Assembly (NCBI RefSeq): GCF_036365525.1
Contig: NC_090415.1
Span: 13,082,001 to 13,146,000, forward strand
DNA from: Heterodontus francisci
Taxonomy: Eukaryota
Length of the DNA: 64,000 nt
Direction: 5' to 3'
The notes beneath the pieces are model-generated. The model saw only the letters and a program-made list of their open reading frames with translations. It was not told the DNA's origin and did not search any database. Shown here piece by piece: positions 24,560 through 37,819 of this stretch (position 1 is the stretch's first letter; each line of letters opens with the position of its first letter). Both the position numbers and the translations under genes were made by a program.

Positions 24560-25125
24560 TGGGCCATTCGGATTAATGTGTACAGTGCTGGTCTCCTTAT
24601 TTAAGGAACGGTTTAAATGCGTTGGAGGCAGTACAGAGAAGATTTACTAGGCTAATGCCTGGAATGGACGGGCTGTCTTACGAGGAAGGATTGGACAAGC
24701 TAGGCTTGTATCCACTGGAATTTAGAAGAGTAAGATGTGACTTGATTGAAACATATAATATCCTGAGGGGTCTTGACAGGGTGGATGTGGAAAGGATGTT
24801 TCCCCTTGTGGGAGAATCTATAACTAGGGGTCACTGTTTAGAAATAAGGGGTCGCAAATTTAAGACAGAGATAAGGAGATTTTTATTTTCTTTCGGAGGC
24901 TCGTGAGCCTTTGGAATTCTCATCCTCAAACGGCGATATAAGCGGAGTCTTTGAATATTTTTAAGGCAGAGTAAATAGTTTCTTGACGAGCAAGGGAGTG
25001 GAGGATTACCGGGGGGTGGTGGAAATGTGAAGTAATCAGTAGAGACAAAAACGTATTGAATGGCATGGCAGAGCAGGCTCGAAGGACCGAGTGGCCTACT
25101 CCTGATCATAATTCGTATGTTCGTA
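24560..25125 (+). mobile_element. CR1 3' fragment with tail
   Basis: ORF 24622-24906 (EAVQRRFTRLMPGM...LDRVDVERMFP). Tail is TTCGTATGTTCGTA. Confidence 0.85.
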
Positions 25126-25129
25126 CATG

Positions 25130-26365
25130 AGGATCGAGTTACCAACAGCAGCAGAATTGTACTCAACTGCAATCTGTAATCTCATGGCCCGGCATATCCC
25201 CCACTCTACCATTACCATCAAGGTCGGTGACCAAACGTGGTTCAATGAAGAGTACAGCAGGGCATGCCTGGAGCAGCACCAGGCATACCTCAAAATGAGG
25301 TGTCAACCTGGGGAAGCTACAACACAGGATTATTTGGGGGCCAAACTGCATAAGCAGCATGCAATAGACAGAGTCAAGTGATCTCATAACCAACAGATCA
25401 GAACTAAGCTCTGCAATCCTGTCACATCCAGCCATGAATGGTGGTACACAAGTAAAAGACTAACTGAAGGAGGTGGCTCCACAAATATCCCCATCTTCAA
25501 TGATGAGGGAGCCCAACACATCAGTGCGAAAGATAAGGTTGAAGCATTTGCAACAATCTTCGCTCGAGGTGCCGAGTTGATGATTCATCTCAGACTCCTC
25601 CTGAATGCATCAGCTATTTCGATTCACTCCGTGTGACATCAAGTAACGACTAAAGGCACTGGAGACGGCAAAGGCTCTGGGCTCCGACAATGTTCTGGCA
25701 ATAGTTCTGAAGACCTATTCTCCAGAACTTGATCTGCCCCTAGCCAAGTTGTTCCAGTACAGCTACAACATTGGCATGTACCTGACAATGTGGAATATTC
25801 CCCAAGTATGTCTTTGACACCAAAAGCAGGTCATGTCCAAGCTGGACAATCAGCCTACTCCCAATCATCATAAAAGTGATGGAAGATGTCATCAACAGTG
25901 CCATCAAACGGCACTTGCTTTGTAATAACCTGCTCAGTGACGCTCAGTTTGGGTGCGCCAGTGCCACTCAGCTCCTGACAACATTACAGCCTTAGTTCAA
26001 ACATGGACAAAAGAGCTGAATTCAAGAAGTGAAGAGAAAGTGACTGCCCTTGACATCAAGGCAGCATTTGACCGACTATGGCATCAAAGAACCCTTGCAA
26101 AACTGGGGTCAATGGGAATCAGTGGGAAAACTCTCCGCTGGTTGGAGTCATACCTAGTGCAAAGGAAGATGGTTGTGGTTGTTCGAGGTCAATCATCTCA
26201 GCTCCAGGACTTCACTGCAGGAGTTCCTCAGGGTAATGTCCTCGGCCCAAACATCTTCAGCTGATTCATCAATGACCTTCCTTCAATCATAACGTCAGAA
26301 GTGGGGATGTTCACTGATGATTCTCCAATGTTCAGCATGATTCGTGACACCTCAGCTGCTGAAGC
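25130..26365 (+). mobile_element. Decayed non-LTR retrotransposon RT of a second CR1/L2-group family
   Basis: TALDIKAAFDRLWH, AGVPQGNVLGP, FINDL and MFTDD are RT motifs. Confidence 0.8.
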
Positions 26366-26471
26366 AATCCGTGTCGAAAAGATGAAGCACTTGAGGAATA
26401 TAAAGACAGTAGGAAGGAACTTAAGCAAGGAGTTAGGAGGGCTAAAAGGGGTCATGAAAAATCATTGGCAA

Positions 26472-26750
26472 GCAGTGGGCGCAGTGGTTAGCACCGCAGC
26501 CTCACAGCTCCAGCGACCCGGGTTCAATTCTGGGTACTGCCTGTGTGGAGTTTGCAAGTTCTCCCTGTGTCTGCGTGGGTTTCCTCCCACATGCCAAAGA
26601 CTTGCAGGTTGATCGGTAAATTGGCCATTATAAATTGTCCCTAGTATAGGTCGGTGGTAGGGAAATATAGGGACAGGTGGGGATGTGGTAGAAGTATGGA
26701 ATTAGTGTAGGATTAGTATAAATGTGTGGTTGATGGTCGGCACAGACTTA
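26472..26750 (+). mobile_element. tRNA-derived SINE (HE1/V-SINE-like)
   Basis: GGGCGCAGTGGTTAGCACCGCAGCCTCACAGCTCCAGCGACCCGGGTTCAATTC has A and B boxes. Confidence 0.8.
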
Positions 26751-27183
26751 TGATTATTGTGAAACTGGACGTCTCTCCTTGTTGAGAATGGGATGTCTAG
26801 GACACCTAGAAAAAAATATGGATGGAATGTAGGGACAGACAGGGCATAATTTGTATTTTCACCGTCAGGAAACATGCTTGTGTGTGATCAATATAATAAC
26901 ATCAAAGCCGACATTGGTTTGAACAGATTCAAAGCTGTGATTGGCTCTTGACGCCAAATCTGGGAAACAGACAACATTCGCAGCGCCAGTCTCAGAGTGT
27001 TTAACACTTACTGAGCCTAGAAAATGCAAATACCCGCCGTGAATCCGCAGCACAGGCCGAGCGGAGGGGAAATCCTGTCCTGGAAACGCTAAATGTAACG
27101 AACAGTTCGGCCTGAGATTGTGTGGATGTGAATATTCTGGAAGAGAGTGTATTAAAGGGGCGGGCGCGTTAGTCTAATGCCAC

Positions 27184-27612
27184 TGTGTTTGTGGGTCTGG
27201 TCTCATCGCCGGATTTCCGACTCCTTCTTGTGTAAAATAACAAGATTTTCCAGTCAAAGAAGCACTTTGCCCCCATTCTAATCCTCAAAGTGGGAATTCA
27301 GTGTTGTTTGTTTGTTGATTTCAAGATTTTAATCGAAAAGTATGGAACATGTCAGCGATCGGCTGAGAGAGAGTCATCAGTGCAGCAATGAAACGGGTTT
27401 CAGTCGAAAATGGAGTCTTTACTTCAAGTGAAACCTTTGTGACAGCAAACATTCTGATGTCAGAGACAGGAAGGATCTAGCCTGGGACTCTGGAATACCC
27501 GAATTTCAGTGGAATTGGAGAGTTTAGGACCAGAGAGAAACGCAGAGAGGCAGCAGGAGCCGGGAGCTGACAGCAGGTTGTCTCCGCCCCGTCCGCTCGC
27601 TGCCTTTAAGTT
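27184..27612 (+). promoter_or_regulatory. H1 promoter: TG box, AC(H1)-box variant, GC box, TATA-like element
   Basis: TGTGTTT 27184-27190, AAACGCA 27538-27544, CCGCCC at about 27584, TTTAAG at about 27605. Confidence 0.65.
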
Positions 27613-27688
27613 GCTCAGTGCCGCCACCACCTGCTTCATTTCTGACCCAGTTCTGACCGACAGAGAGACTTTGTGCAGAGTCCTGGAC

Positions 27689-28372
27689 ATGACCGAAACT
27701 GCAGCCGCCGAAACTGCTCCTCCAGCCGCCGCCGCTACAGTCAAGACTCCCAAGAAGAAGAAGGCGGCTCCTCGGAAGGGGTCAGGCGGTCCCAAGTTGG
27801 GCGAGCTGATCCTCAAGACTGTGGCGGAATGCAGTGTCCGCGGTGGGATGTCACTGCAGGCAATAAAGAAGGCTCTGCGTGTTAAAGGTGTCGATGTGGA
27901 GAAGAGCAAGTTCCCAATCAAGCAAAGTATCAAGCGGCTTGTGACGAAAGACTTCCTGGTGCAGACGAAGGGCACGGGGGCCTCCGGCACCTTCAAAATC
28001 GCGAAACAGGAAAAGAAGGGAAATGTGGTGAAGAAGATTAAGACAGGAGCAGCCAAGAGATCTTTAGTGAAGAAAACAGCTGCCAAGAAACAGATCACAA
28101 AGAAAACAGCCAAGAAATCCCCAGGGAAGAAAATAGTCGCCAAGAAAGTGAGCAGCAAGAAGACAGCAGCCAAGAAAGTGAGCACCAAGAAGACGGCAAC
28201 GCCAAAGAAGGCGGTAAAGAAAGCAACGCTTCCAAAAAAATCTCCAGCGAAGAATGCCAAAAAAGCCAAGAGGGCAACGGGCGGAAAGCCGCCCAAGAAA
28301 GTTCAATCATCAAGGGGCGTGAAGAAGCCGAAAGCAGCAAAGGCTCAGAAAGCAGCCCCTGGAAAGAAGTGA
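27689..28372 (+). CDS. H1: Histone H1, replication-dependent, 227 aa
   Basis: MTETAAAETAPP N-tail, globular domain ending LVQTKGTGASGTFKI, Lys/Ala/Pro-rich tail with SPxK/TPKK motifs. Confidence 0.95.
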   Translation: MTETAAAETAPPAAAATVKTPKKKKAAPRKGSGGPKLGELILKTVAECSVRGGMSLQAIKKALRVKGVDVEKSKFPIKQSIKRLVTKDFLVQTKGTGASGTFKIAKQEKKGNVVKKIKTGAAKRSLVKKTAAKKQITKKTAKKSPGKKIVAKKVSSKKTAAKKVSTKKTATPKKAVKKATLPKKSPAKNAKKAKRATGGKPPKKVQSSRGVKKPKAAKAQKAAPGKK

Positions 28373-28408
28373 AACAGCACGGGAAACTTGTAGACATCTG
28401 AACCCAAA

Positions 28409-28424
28409 GGCTCTTTTCAGAGCC
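28409..28424 (+). other. Histone 3' stem-loop of H1
   Basis: GGCTCTTTTCAGAGCC-ACCCA. Downstream element GAAAGAGCTG at about 28440-28449. Confidence 0.95.
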
Positions 28425-29050
28425 ACCCACGTCTCTCAGGAAAGAGCTGATCCCCCGATCAAATGATCCCTGTCCCGCAGTCGTGTGCACATTTCACCTA
28501 GAAATGATTTGAAGTAAATCCAGGTTCCCTGGTGACTCTCAACCCAGCCCTTCCTCACTCTCTGCAACAAATCAGGGATGTCCGGGCCTCACTGTACCCG
28601 GGTATATGTTCGGTGAAGTCTCAGTTCATGCTCGTTTCAGGGTGACAGCCTGTAACACAGTAACACGGGCGAGATACCCCGCGTCATATCTCAAACCCCA
28701 ATACATGATTTTGTATAATTCAGCTGGGGTTCGGTTTCAGTAAACTGTTCAATCCGTCTGGGAGGAGAGGTGTGCCGAAACAGGTTGACTTGTGATCGGA
28801 AGCACTGCACTTAGGCGGGTGTATTACGAACTTTTAATTGTAACAGATCCTTATTTAAAGCGCTAATTTCTGTTATCAGTGACTATCAATGCCGAATCTC
28901 CATGTTTTATGCTGAGCTCTAATGTCGAGACTGTTTTTTTTTTGAATTGGCGGTTCGAGCAAGTGGGAGGCGGAGCGAGAGGATGAAAGACATTTCTCTG
29001 CTCTGTCTGTCACTCAGTTTCCTCCAGACCCGCCTCTGGCTCTCTGTCTC

Positions 29051-29450
<400 letters not shown>

Positions 29451-29480
29451 ACAAATCCACCTTGTCTACCAAAAACAAAA

Positions 29481-29496
29481 GGCTCTTATAAGAGCC
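29481..29496 (+). other. Histone 3' stem-loop of H4 (atypical loop)
   Basis: GGCTCT-TATA-AGAGCC-ACCCA. Confidence 0.9.
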
Positions 29497-30090
29497 ACCC
29501 AAAACCTCATATAGAGATAAGTGACCTTGAAACTGCAGCGGTGATGTCTTGGGATGTGAAATTGTTGTAGCTCATCCAATGTTATGTGGACTTTATCAGA
29601 TCAGTATTGGGTTGCATTTGATCATGTCCATTGCCGACCTGAACTGCCGGTAAAGATGTGGAAACGGATTTACTCCCGTTGGAGTAAGAAATGGCTGGAG
29701 CTTTATTCCCGCCAGAGACCGAACAGGGAATGAATCCCAATTCAAACCGTGTTGGAAGACACAGAGGGGGATCCAGGGCGGAAAAAAATCACGCTAAAAG
29801 CAATGAGATTTTATAATCGTTCCCGCCGAATTAGGTTTTATTTAATCTTTGAGTAGTTTGCTAATTTGAAATTGGGGGGCTTTTTGAAATTGATGAAATT
29901 TCTGCTGCAGTTCAACCAATCAGGGAGCAGCAATTCCCACCGCCCTTTTCCATTACAGACATCGTTTCAAATTGGATGATGGACGGGGCTTCATCCAATC
30001 ACAACATTAGGGCGGTCCTTCGACTGTCTTAAATAGGCAGTCCCTGAGCAGCTTCAGCATTAAACGTGACATTGTGTAAGGTCTCCGTAG

Positions 30091-30504
<414 letters not shown>

Positions 30505-30547
30505 ACTGACCCTGCCCTGAACTGAGTTCGGCATCAAATACCACAAC

Positions 30548-30563
30548 GGCTCTTTTAAGAGCC
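30548..30563 (+). other. Histone 3' stem-loop of H3
   Basis: GGCTCTTTTAAGAGCC-ACCAA. Downstream element GAAAGAGTTG at about 30579-30588. Confidence 0.95.
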
Positions 30564-30981
30564 ACCAAATCGACCAAAGAAAGAGTTGTGATCTCTTGTT
30601 CATTCCAGCACATAAACGTCTCAGAAGGTTTTGACCAGTTATTTACTAATAGCCGGGAGACACAATTACTTTTGTCTGCATCCGGTAGCTGGAGATTTCA
30701 TGACGTGTCAGTTGTAAGATCTAGAGTAGCGATACCAATGTGCACAGCGCATTTTAATAGACCGGCGATCGTTTTAGGACTGAACAAATGTTTGTGGTAC
30801 ATAAAGGGTAGAATGGTAAAAGTGCCTTTCCAATAGGGTCTGAGGGAATTAAAATGCATTTCATCTTATGAGCAACTAAATGCTAAAATCCAGTACACTT
30901 CATTCCAACACAAAACAACGATAACAGTATAATATTACAGTCTTTCAGACAGTAACCAGCCCTTTCACAGATAAAGTGGGT

Positions 30982-30997
30982 GGCTCTGAAAAGAGCC
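30982..30997 (-). other. Histone 3' stem-loop of the second H2A
   Basis: GGCTCTTTTCAGAGCC-ACCCA on the minus strand. Confidence 0.95.
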
Positions 30998-31027
30998 TTT
31001 GGGTTCACAGATTCAAGTCAGTCCGCT

Positions 31028-31537
<510 letters not shown>

Positions 31538-32142
31538 TCATTGTGCTGTACATGTAACCAATCAGAGAGCTGCTCAATTCACCAATCACAAGAATTGAGA
31601 GCGAAAAATAAGAGCGTGAATTTGTCAGCCTCCCAACGATATTTCACATTTGAAAAGCCCGCCAATATATTTGTAAAACAAGGGGCGGCTTCAATGTTGA
31701 ATATTACATTTATAGGTCACATTGTTTTCCAGAAAACATTGTAAACACTTTTAATTTTTTTTATTCCACATTTTGTCCCTGATTGTTCCAGATTCGCTTT
31801 TGTAATCCGCCATGTATTCTGCTTTATTCTTTTCTTTTTATGATACTGTCTGTAACCAGCGGCTGAAAGCCTCATTCACAGTATCCTGCAACCGGACACT
31901 TTTCAGGTCAATTTTCATAATAATTCTACATCACTGATTATAGATTGATCCCTTTTCGTGGAGGACAAAAGAGGAGTAGAGATATTCTGTGTTATGTGCC
32001 AAAAAACCTATCTGCCGACATCCCTGACCTTCTGACTCCCTCTGTTACTGTCTCTTCAATTATTTCAATTTTGTTGGAACTGGCCCGTTACTTTTTCATT
32101 CTCTACCTATCATTCCACCGCACATCTATTTAGGTCCAGGCA

Positions 32143-32222
32143 GACTAGGTGGTCGGGTGGTTAACGTGATTGACAACTAATTCATTGAGCTCTGCCTGCG
32201 TGGCTTCAAATCGTTTGTCTGT
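32143..32222 (+). pseudogene. tRNA-Ser(GCT) pseudogene
   Basis: GACTAGGTGGTCGGGTGGTTAACGTGATTGACAACTAATTCATTGAGCTCTGCCTGCGTGGCTTCAAATC aligns without gaps to vertebrate tRNA-Ser(GCT) as I recall it. Anticodon, T-loop and acceptor 3' strand are damaged. Confidence 0.7.
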
Positions 32223-32304
32223 GAAATGTTTCTCTTAGCTGGTTGTCACTGAAGATCACCGACTTCAGATGTCTTTTTAAGAATGTGCTGGGTCTTTCAT
32301 TCTG

Positions 32305-33105
32305 AACAAGAACAAAGAACAGTACAGCACAGGAACAGGCCCTCCAAGCCTGCGCCGATCTTGATGCCTGCCTAAACTAAAACCTTCTGCACTTCCGGGG
32401 TCCATATCCCTCTATTCCCATCCTATTCATGTATTTGTCAAGTTGCCTCTAAAACGTCTCTATGGTACCTGCTTCCACCACCTCCCCCTGCAACAAGTTC
32501 AAGGCACTCACCACCCTCTGTGTAAGGCTCTTGCCTCGCACATCCCCTCGAAACTTTGCCCCTCTCACCTTAAACCTTTGTCCCCAGGAAACTGACTCTT
32601 CCACCCTGGCGTAAAATCTTCTGATTATCCACTCTGTCCATGCCACTCATAACTTTGTAAACCTCTATCATGTCGCCCCTCCACCTCCGTCGTTCCAGTG
32701 AAAACAATCCGAGTTTATCCAACCTCTCCTCATAGCTAATGTCCTCCAGACCAGGCAACATCCTGGTAAACCTCTTCTGTACCCACTCCAAAGCCTCCAC
32801 GTCCGACTGGTAGTGTGGCGACCAGAATTGCACTTGTGGCCTAACTAAAGTTCTGTACAGCTGCAGCGTGACTTGCCAATATTTATACTCTATGCCCCGA
32901 ATGATGAAGGCAAGCATGCTATATGTCTTCTTGACTACCTTATCCACCTGCGTTGCCACTTTCAGTGACCTGTGGACCTGTACGCCCAGATCTCTCTGCC
33001 TGTCAATACCCCCAAGGGTTCTGCCACTTACTGGATAATTCCCACCTGTATTAGATCTTCCAAAATGCATTACCTCACATTTGTCTGGATTAAACTCCAT
33101 CTGCC
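32305..33105 (-). mobile_element. CR1 3' fragment with tail
   Basis: ORF 32570-33100 (MEFNPDKCEVMHFG...QFWSPHY) plus tail. Confidence 0.88.
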
Positions 33106-33741
33106 ACGATGGAATACGAGAAAGAACTTTTTATGTACTGAATGGTAATGACCTGGAACTCACTGACCACAAGGGTGGAAGAAGCTGAGGCAGTTAATGA
33201 CGTCGAGGATATTGGGATGGCATCTGAAGGAAATAAACTTGCAGAGCTACAAGGATCGTGTGGGGAAATGAGTGTGACTGGATTCATCTATGGAGAGCTG
33301 GCATGGAGTCGATGGGCCCAATGGCTTCCTTCTGTGCTGGAAATATCTGTATGTTTACTATTTGTTTGAGACTGTAACATGATTATTTTAAAGACTTTTT
33401 CAATATATAGTAGCCATAAAAAGAACCCACAGGTCCATTTTATGTGAGAACTGCATAGATGATGAGAATTTTATCAATTGCTCTGACATTTTTAGATAGT
33501 TTAATTCAAGTTCCAGAATTAAAGCCTGACATTCAACAGGGCAATAAAGATGGTCATTGTGATGGCCAGGAATCAAAACTAACTCAACTGCTTGGAAAGC
33601 AGCTTTGCTCACCACTATAACAAGATTGCTTCTGGAAACAGGCCCCTCAGGCTTCATTTATGGAGCAACTACACACAATAGCCTTCTGATTAATCAAATG
33701 CTTTGCAAGCATTTTAATCTGAAACTTTTAGTTTATGTTCA

Positions 33742-33900
33742 TCAAAAACAAAATACTGTGGATGCTGGAAATCTGAAATAAAAACAGAATGTAATGTAAA
33801 TACTCTGATGTAAGATCACAGACCTGAAACGTTAAATCTGTTGCTCTCTCTGCAGGTGCTGCCAGCCCTGATGGGTATATCCTGCACTTTGTTTTCATTA
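33742..33900. mobile_element. Decayed Penelope terminus in inverted configuration
   Basis: A minus-strand terminus piece (AAAATACTGTGGATGCTGGAAATCTGAAAT) is joined to a plus-strand piece with decayed hammerhead CTGATGT...GACCTGAAACGTT. Confidence 0.55.
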
Positions 33901-34194
33901 CCACGTTTATGTTACCATTGAAGGATAGAATCATTGAATGGTTGCATCACAGAAAGAGGACATTCGGCCCATTCTGTCTGGGCCAGGTTTCTGCAAGAGT
34001 ATCTCACCTAGTCCCACTCCACGGCCTTTTCTCCATAGCTTGGTAATTTTGATTTACTCTTCATATCATTATCCAATTCTCTTTGGAAGGGCTCCATTGA
34101 ATGTGTCATCACCACACTCTGTTATTTCTCTCCAATTAAAATAGATACAAATGAATGGTTCTCTCGTTGCACAACTCACTTTCGGCCAGAAGAT

Positions 34195-34391
34195 GGCACC
34201 AGCCACAATCATTTGCTCCTTCCGGTTTTTGGATGCACGTCTCCATTGCGATGGGCCTGTTGCTGCCTGGGGAGCTTGCCAAGCCCACCATGTCGAAAGG
34301 GACAAAGGCAGTGACCAAGCACAACAGCTCCTTGTAGATCTCCACAATGTACAGAAATAAAGCACCAAGCACAACGGCTCTTTTAAGATCC
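34195..34391 (+). pseudogene. Histone H2B C-terminal remnant with near-intact stem-loop
   Basis: [30 protein letters not shown], then GGCTCTTTTAAGATCC at 34376-34391. Confidence 0.85.
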
Positions 34392-35104
34392 ACTGACAGC
34401 CTCTCTGAAATAATCGATTTGCTGAAGTGATTTCAATACCAACTGTTCAAATTTCAGCCCAGTTAACTTTGAGTACTCAAACAAGCACGTTCACCAACTG
34501 GTTCAAACATTGTGTCACTTATTAATTCCCTGCCCTACAAACTAAATATCGTCCAGTGATCGCCATTGTACCTGACAGTTTCTGGTACGGGAGTATTGAT
34601 TTAGTCTGTATCTGTCAGTTTTTGGAGTATGATGTGGGGTTTACACTGTACCTGTCATTCTGTGGTGTGTGAATGTTGGTTTTATTTTCTGGTATTTAAA
34701 TATGTATTCTGTTCTGTAGCTGTCAGTTTCTGGTATGTGTGTAGTTTTCACTTCGTGTTTGTCAGTTTCTGCTATGGGAGTATGGGATTTACTCGATATT
34801 TGTCTGCCGCTGAAATGTGAGTGTGCGTTTGAACCTTTAATTCCTTTGTGCCTTACAGTATTGATCTTTACCTATCAGTTTCTGCAGTGTGTGGGGGGTT
34901 TGCTTCATGCTTCTCTGTTTCTGGTATGTTTGTATAATTTTACTCTGCTCTCACAGGTGAGTGTTGTTTTCTTATCTATTTTGCTGTATCATTCAGTTTC
35001 TGGTCTGCAAATGTAAGTTTCACTCTATATCTCTCAATCCCTAACCTGTAATTTGTCTGTATCTGATTGTGAGTGCAGTTTTTTTTTTCTGCTCCTGTCT
35101 GTTA

Positions 35105-36770
35105 CAGGTAATGCAGAGTTTATAGAAAGGGAGGAACTTAAAACAATCATCATCACTAGGAAAAAAATACTCAGCAAACCATTAGGATTGAAGGTAGACA
35201 AGTCCCCAGGGCATGACAGCCTTCATCCTAGGGTCTTAAAGGAAGTTGCAGCAAGATAGTGGATCCATTGGTTATAATATTTCAAAATTCCCTGGATGCA
35301 GGAAAGGTTCCAGTCGATTGGAAAATGCCAATATAACGCCCTTCTTCAAAAAGGGAGGAAGGCAGAAAGTAGGAAACTATAGACCAGTTAGTTTCACATC
35401 CATCTATATTGGGAAATTGTCAGAATCCATTATTAAGAATGTAATAACAGGTCATTTGGAAAGTCAAAACACAATACATCTGAGTCAGCATGGTTTTATG
35501 AAGGGTAAATCGTGTTTGACTAGTTTGCTAGAGTTCTTCGAACATGTAACAAGCAAAGTGGATAATGGGGATCCTGTAGATGTAGTATATCTGGACTTTA
35601 CCAAGGCATTGGATAAGGTGCCGCACAAAAGGAAAGATCACATGTGGTTAGGGCCAATTTATGGGCTTGGATAGAGGATTGGCTAATCAACAGAAAACAG
35701 AGGTTCAGTATAAATGGGTCTTTTTCTGGTTGGCAAGATATAACTAGTGGGGTGTCACAGGGTTCGGTCCTTGTGACCCAGCTATTTACAATCTATATTA
35801 ATGACTTGGATGCAGGGACAGAAGGCACTATAGCCAAATTTGCTGATGACATGAAAACAGGTTGGATAGTAAGTTGCAATAAAGAAATAAGAAATTTACA
35901 AATGGATATGGATAGCTTAAGTGAATGGGCCAAAATTTGGCAGATGGAGTTTAACGTGGATAAGTGTGAGGTTATCCATTTTGGTCAGAAGAATAGAAAG
36001 TCAAATTATAATCAAAATGGAGAGAAACGTCAGAGTGCTTTGGAACAGAGGCATGTTGGCGTTCTCGTGCATGAATTGCAGAAAACTGGTATGCAGATGC
36101 AGCAGGTATTAAGGAACCCAAATGGAATTTTGGCATTCATTGCGAAAGGAAAAGAGTATAGAAGTAGGGAAGTGTTGCTGCAACTGTACAAGGTCTTCGT
36201 GAGACAGCACCTGGAGTATTAAGTACAGTTTTGGTCCTCTTACTTGAGGAGGGATGTAGTTGCATTGGAGGCAATTCAGAGGAGGTTCACCAGACTGATT
36301 CCAGAGATGAGGGGTTTGTCTTATGAAGAGAGATTGAGCAGTTTAGGCCTTTGCTCTTTAGTGTTTAGAAGAATGAGGGGAAATCTAATTGAGGTATATA
36401 AGATGATTCAGGGGATTGACAAAGTTGACAAAGAGGATGTTTCCTCTTGTGAGACAATCTAGATCGAGAGGTCATAGTTTCAGAATAAGGGGTCGCAGAT
36501 TTAAAAGAGAGGTGAGGAGAAATTACTTCTCTCAAAGGGTCGTGAGACTGTGGAATTCACTACCCCAGAGTGTGGTGGATGACCGGATGTTGAGTAAATT
36601 TAAGGAGAAGATGGTCAGATTTTCCATTAATATTGGGTTTAACGGTTATGGAGAACGGGCAGGAAAGTGGAGTTGAGGCCGAAATGAGATCAGCCATGAT
36701 TGTATTGAATGGCGGAGCAGGTTTGAGGGGCTGAATTGCCTACTTCTGCTCTTAGTTCTTATGTTCTTTT
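35105..36770 (+). mobile_element. CR1 RT region through 3' tail
   Basis: ORFs 35246-36676 have KSPGHD, NYRPVS, VYLDFTKA, QGSVL and KFADD. Confidence 0.9.
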
Positions 36771-37819
36771 ATGTGAGAAACATCTTAGTCTGTATTTTGA
36801 AGCCTCAGATATATCTGCGTGTCGCTTGAACTCTGTCCTTGTCAGTTTCTGGTCTGTGAGTCTATCATTGTGGGTTCAATCATTACCCAGAGCTCAGTTT
36901 AACTGGTGAAATTTACAGGCTCCTTTTTTTTTTTGCTCTATTTAACAATGATCTTTGCCATTGTTTCTGACTGAGAACTCATTTATTACCTGAAAGACTG
37001 TGCTTTGGTTAACATAGTTCTCATTGAAAGAAAACTGAAGCTCAGCTATATGGGAGCTGCACATGGATGATGAGAGTATTTTGTCAATTTTATTTTTGAA
37101 ATTGCATTGACAATTAAGGTATCAATGCAGCTGGATGGTATTAGAATTGATACCTGACCTGCAGGAAGGAACCGAGGTCAACAGCTTGGAAGGCAGCTTT
37201 GGTCAGCATTAAACCACCATCACTCAATGAGTTTGACATATGTAAATGTGTACTTTATTCAGTAACATTTATTATCTATTTTGTGATTATATCTGGTTCC
37301 AATTCATCATTTCAGGCTCCAGTACTCTGTGTGAGGTGGGATTAATGTGGTGTATGTCAGTTTCTGCTACTCCCTGTGAGTATGAATATACTTATGTACC
37401 AATCAGTCTGTCAAACTGAATATGTGTACGGATAAATTCATTTCTCATCAGTAACTGGCACTGACAGTGAGCCTGAGATTCATTCAATATCTCTGTCTCT
37501 GGTATTGTATGTGAATGTGTTGTTTATTCTGTGGCTCTCATTGTGCTTTTTATTCTCTACTACTCTATGTCAATGAAATTTGCCCTGTGTCCATCAGTTT
37601 CATGTACTGTAATTGAGTATGGGATGCATTATATAGCTGTCATTCTCTGATCTGCCTGACAGATTTTTGATCTACAATGGAATAAAGGGTTATGGGGGAA
37701 GCCAAGAAATTGAAGTTAAGACCACAATCAGATCAGCCATAATTTTAATGAATGGAAAGCAGGCAGGGGGGTCAAATGGCCTAGTCTTGCTCCTGTTTCT
37801 TATGTTATTTATTTCAGAA

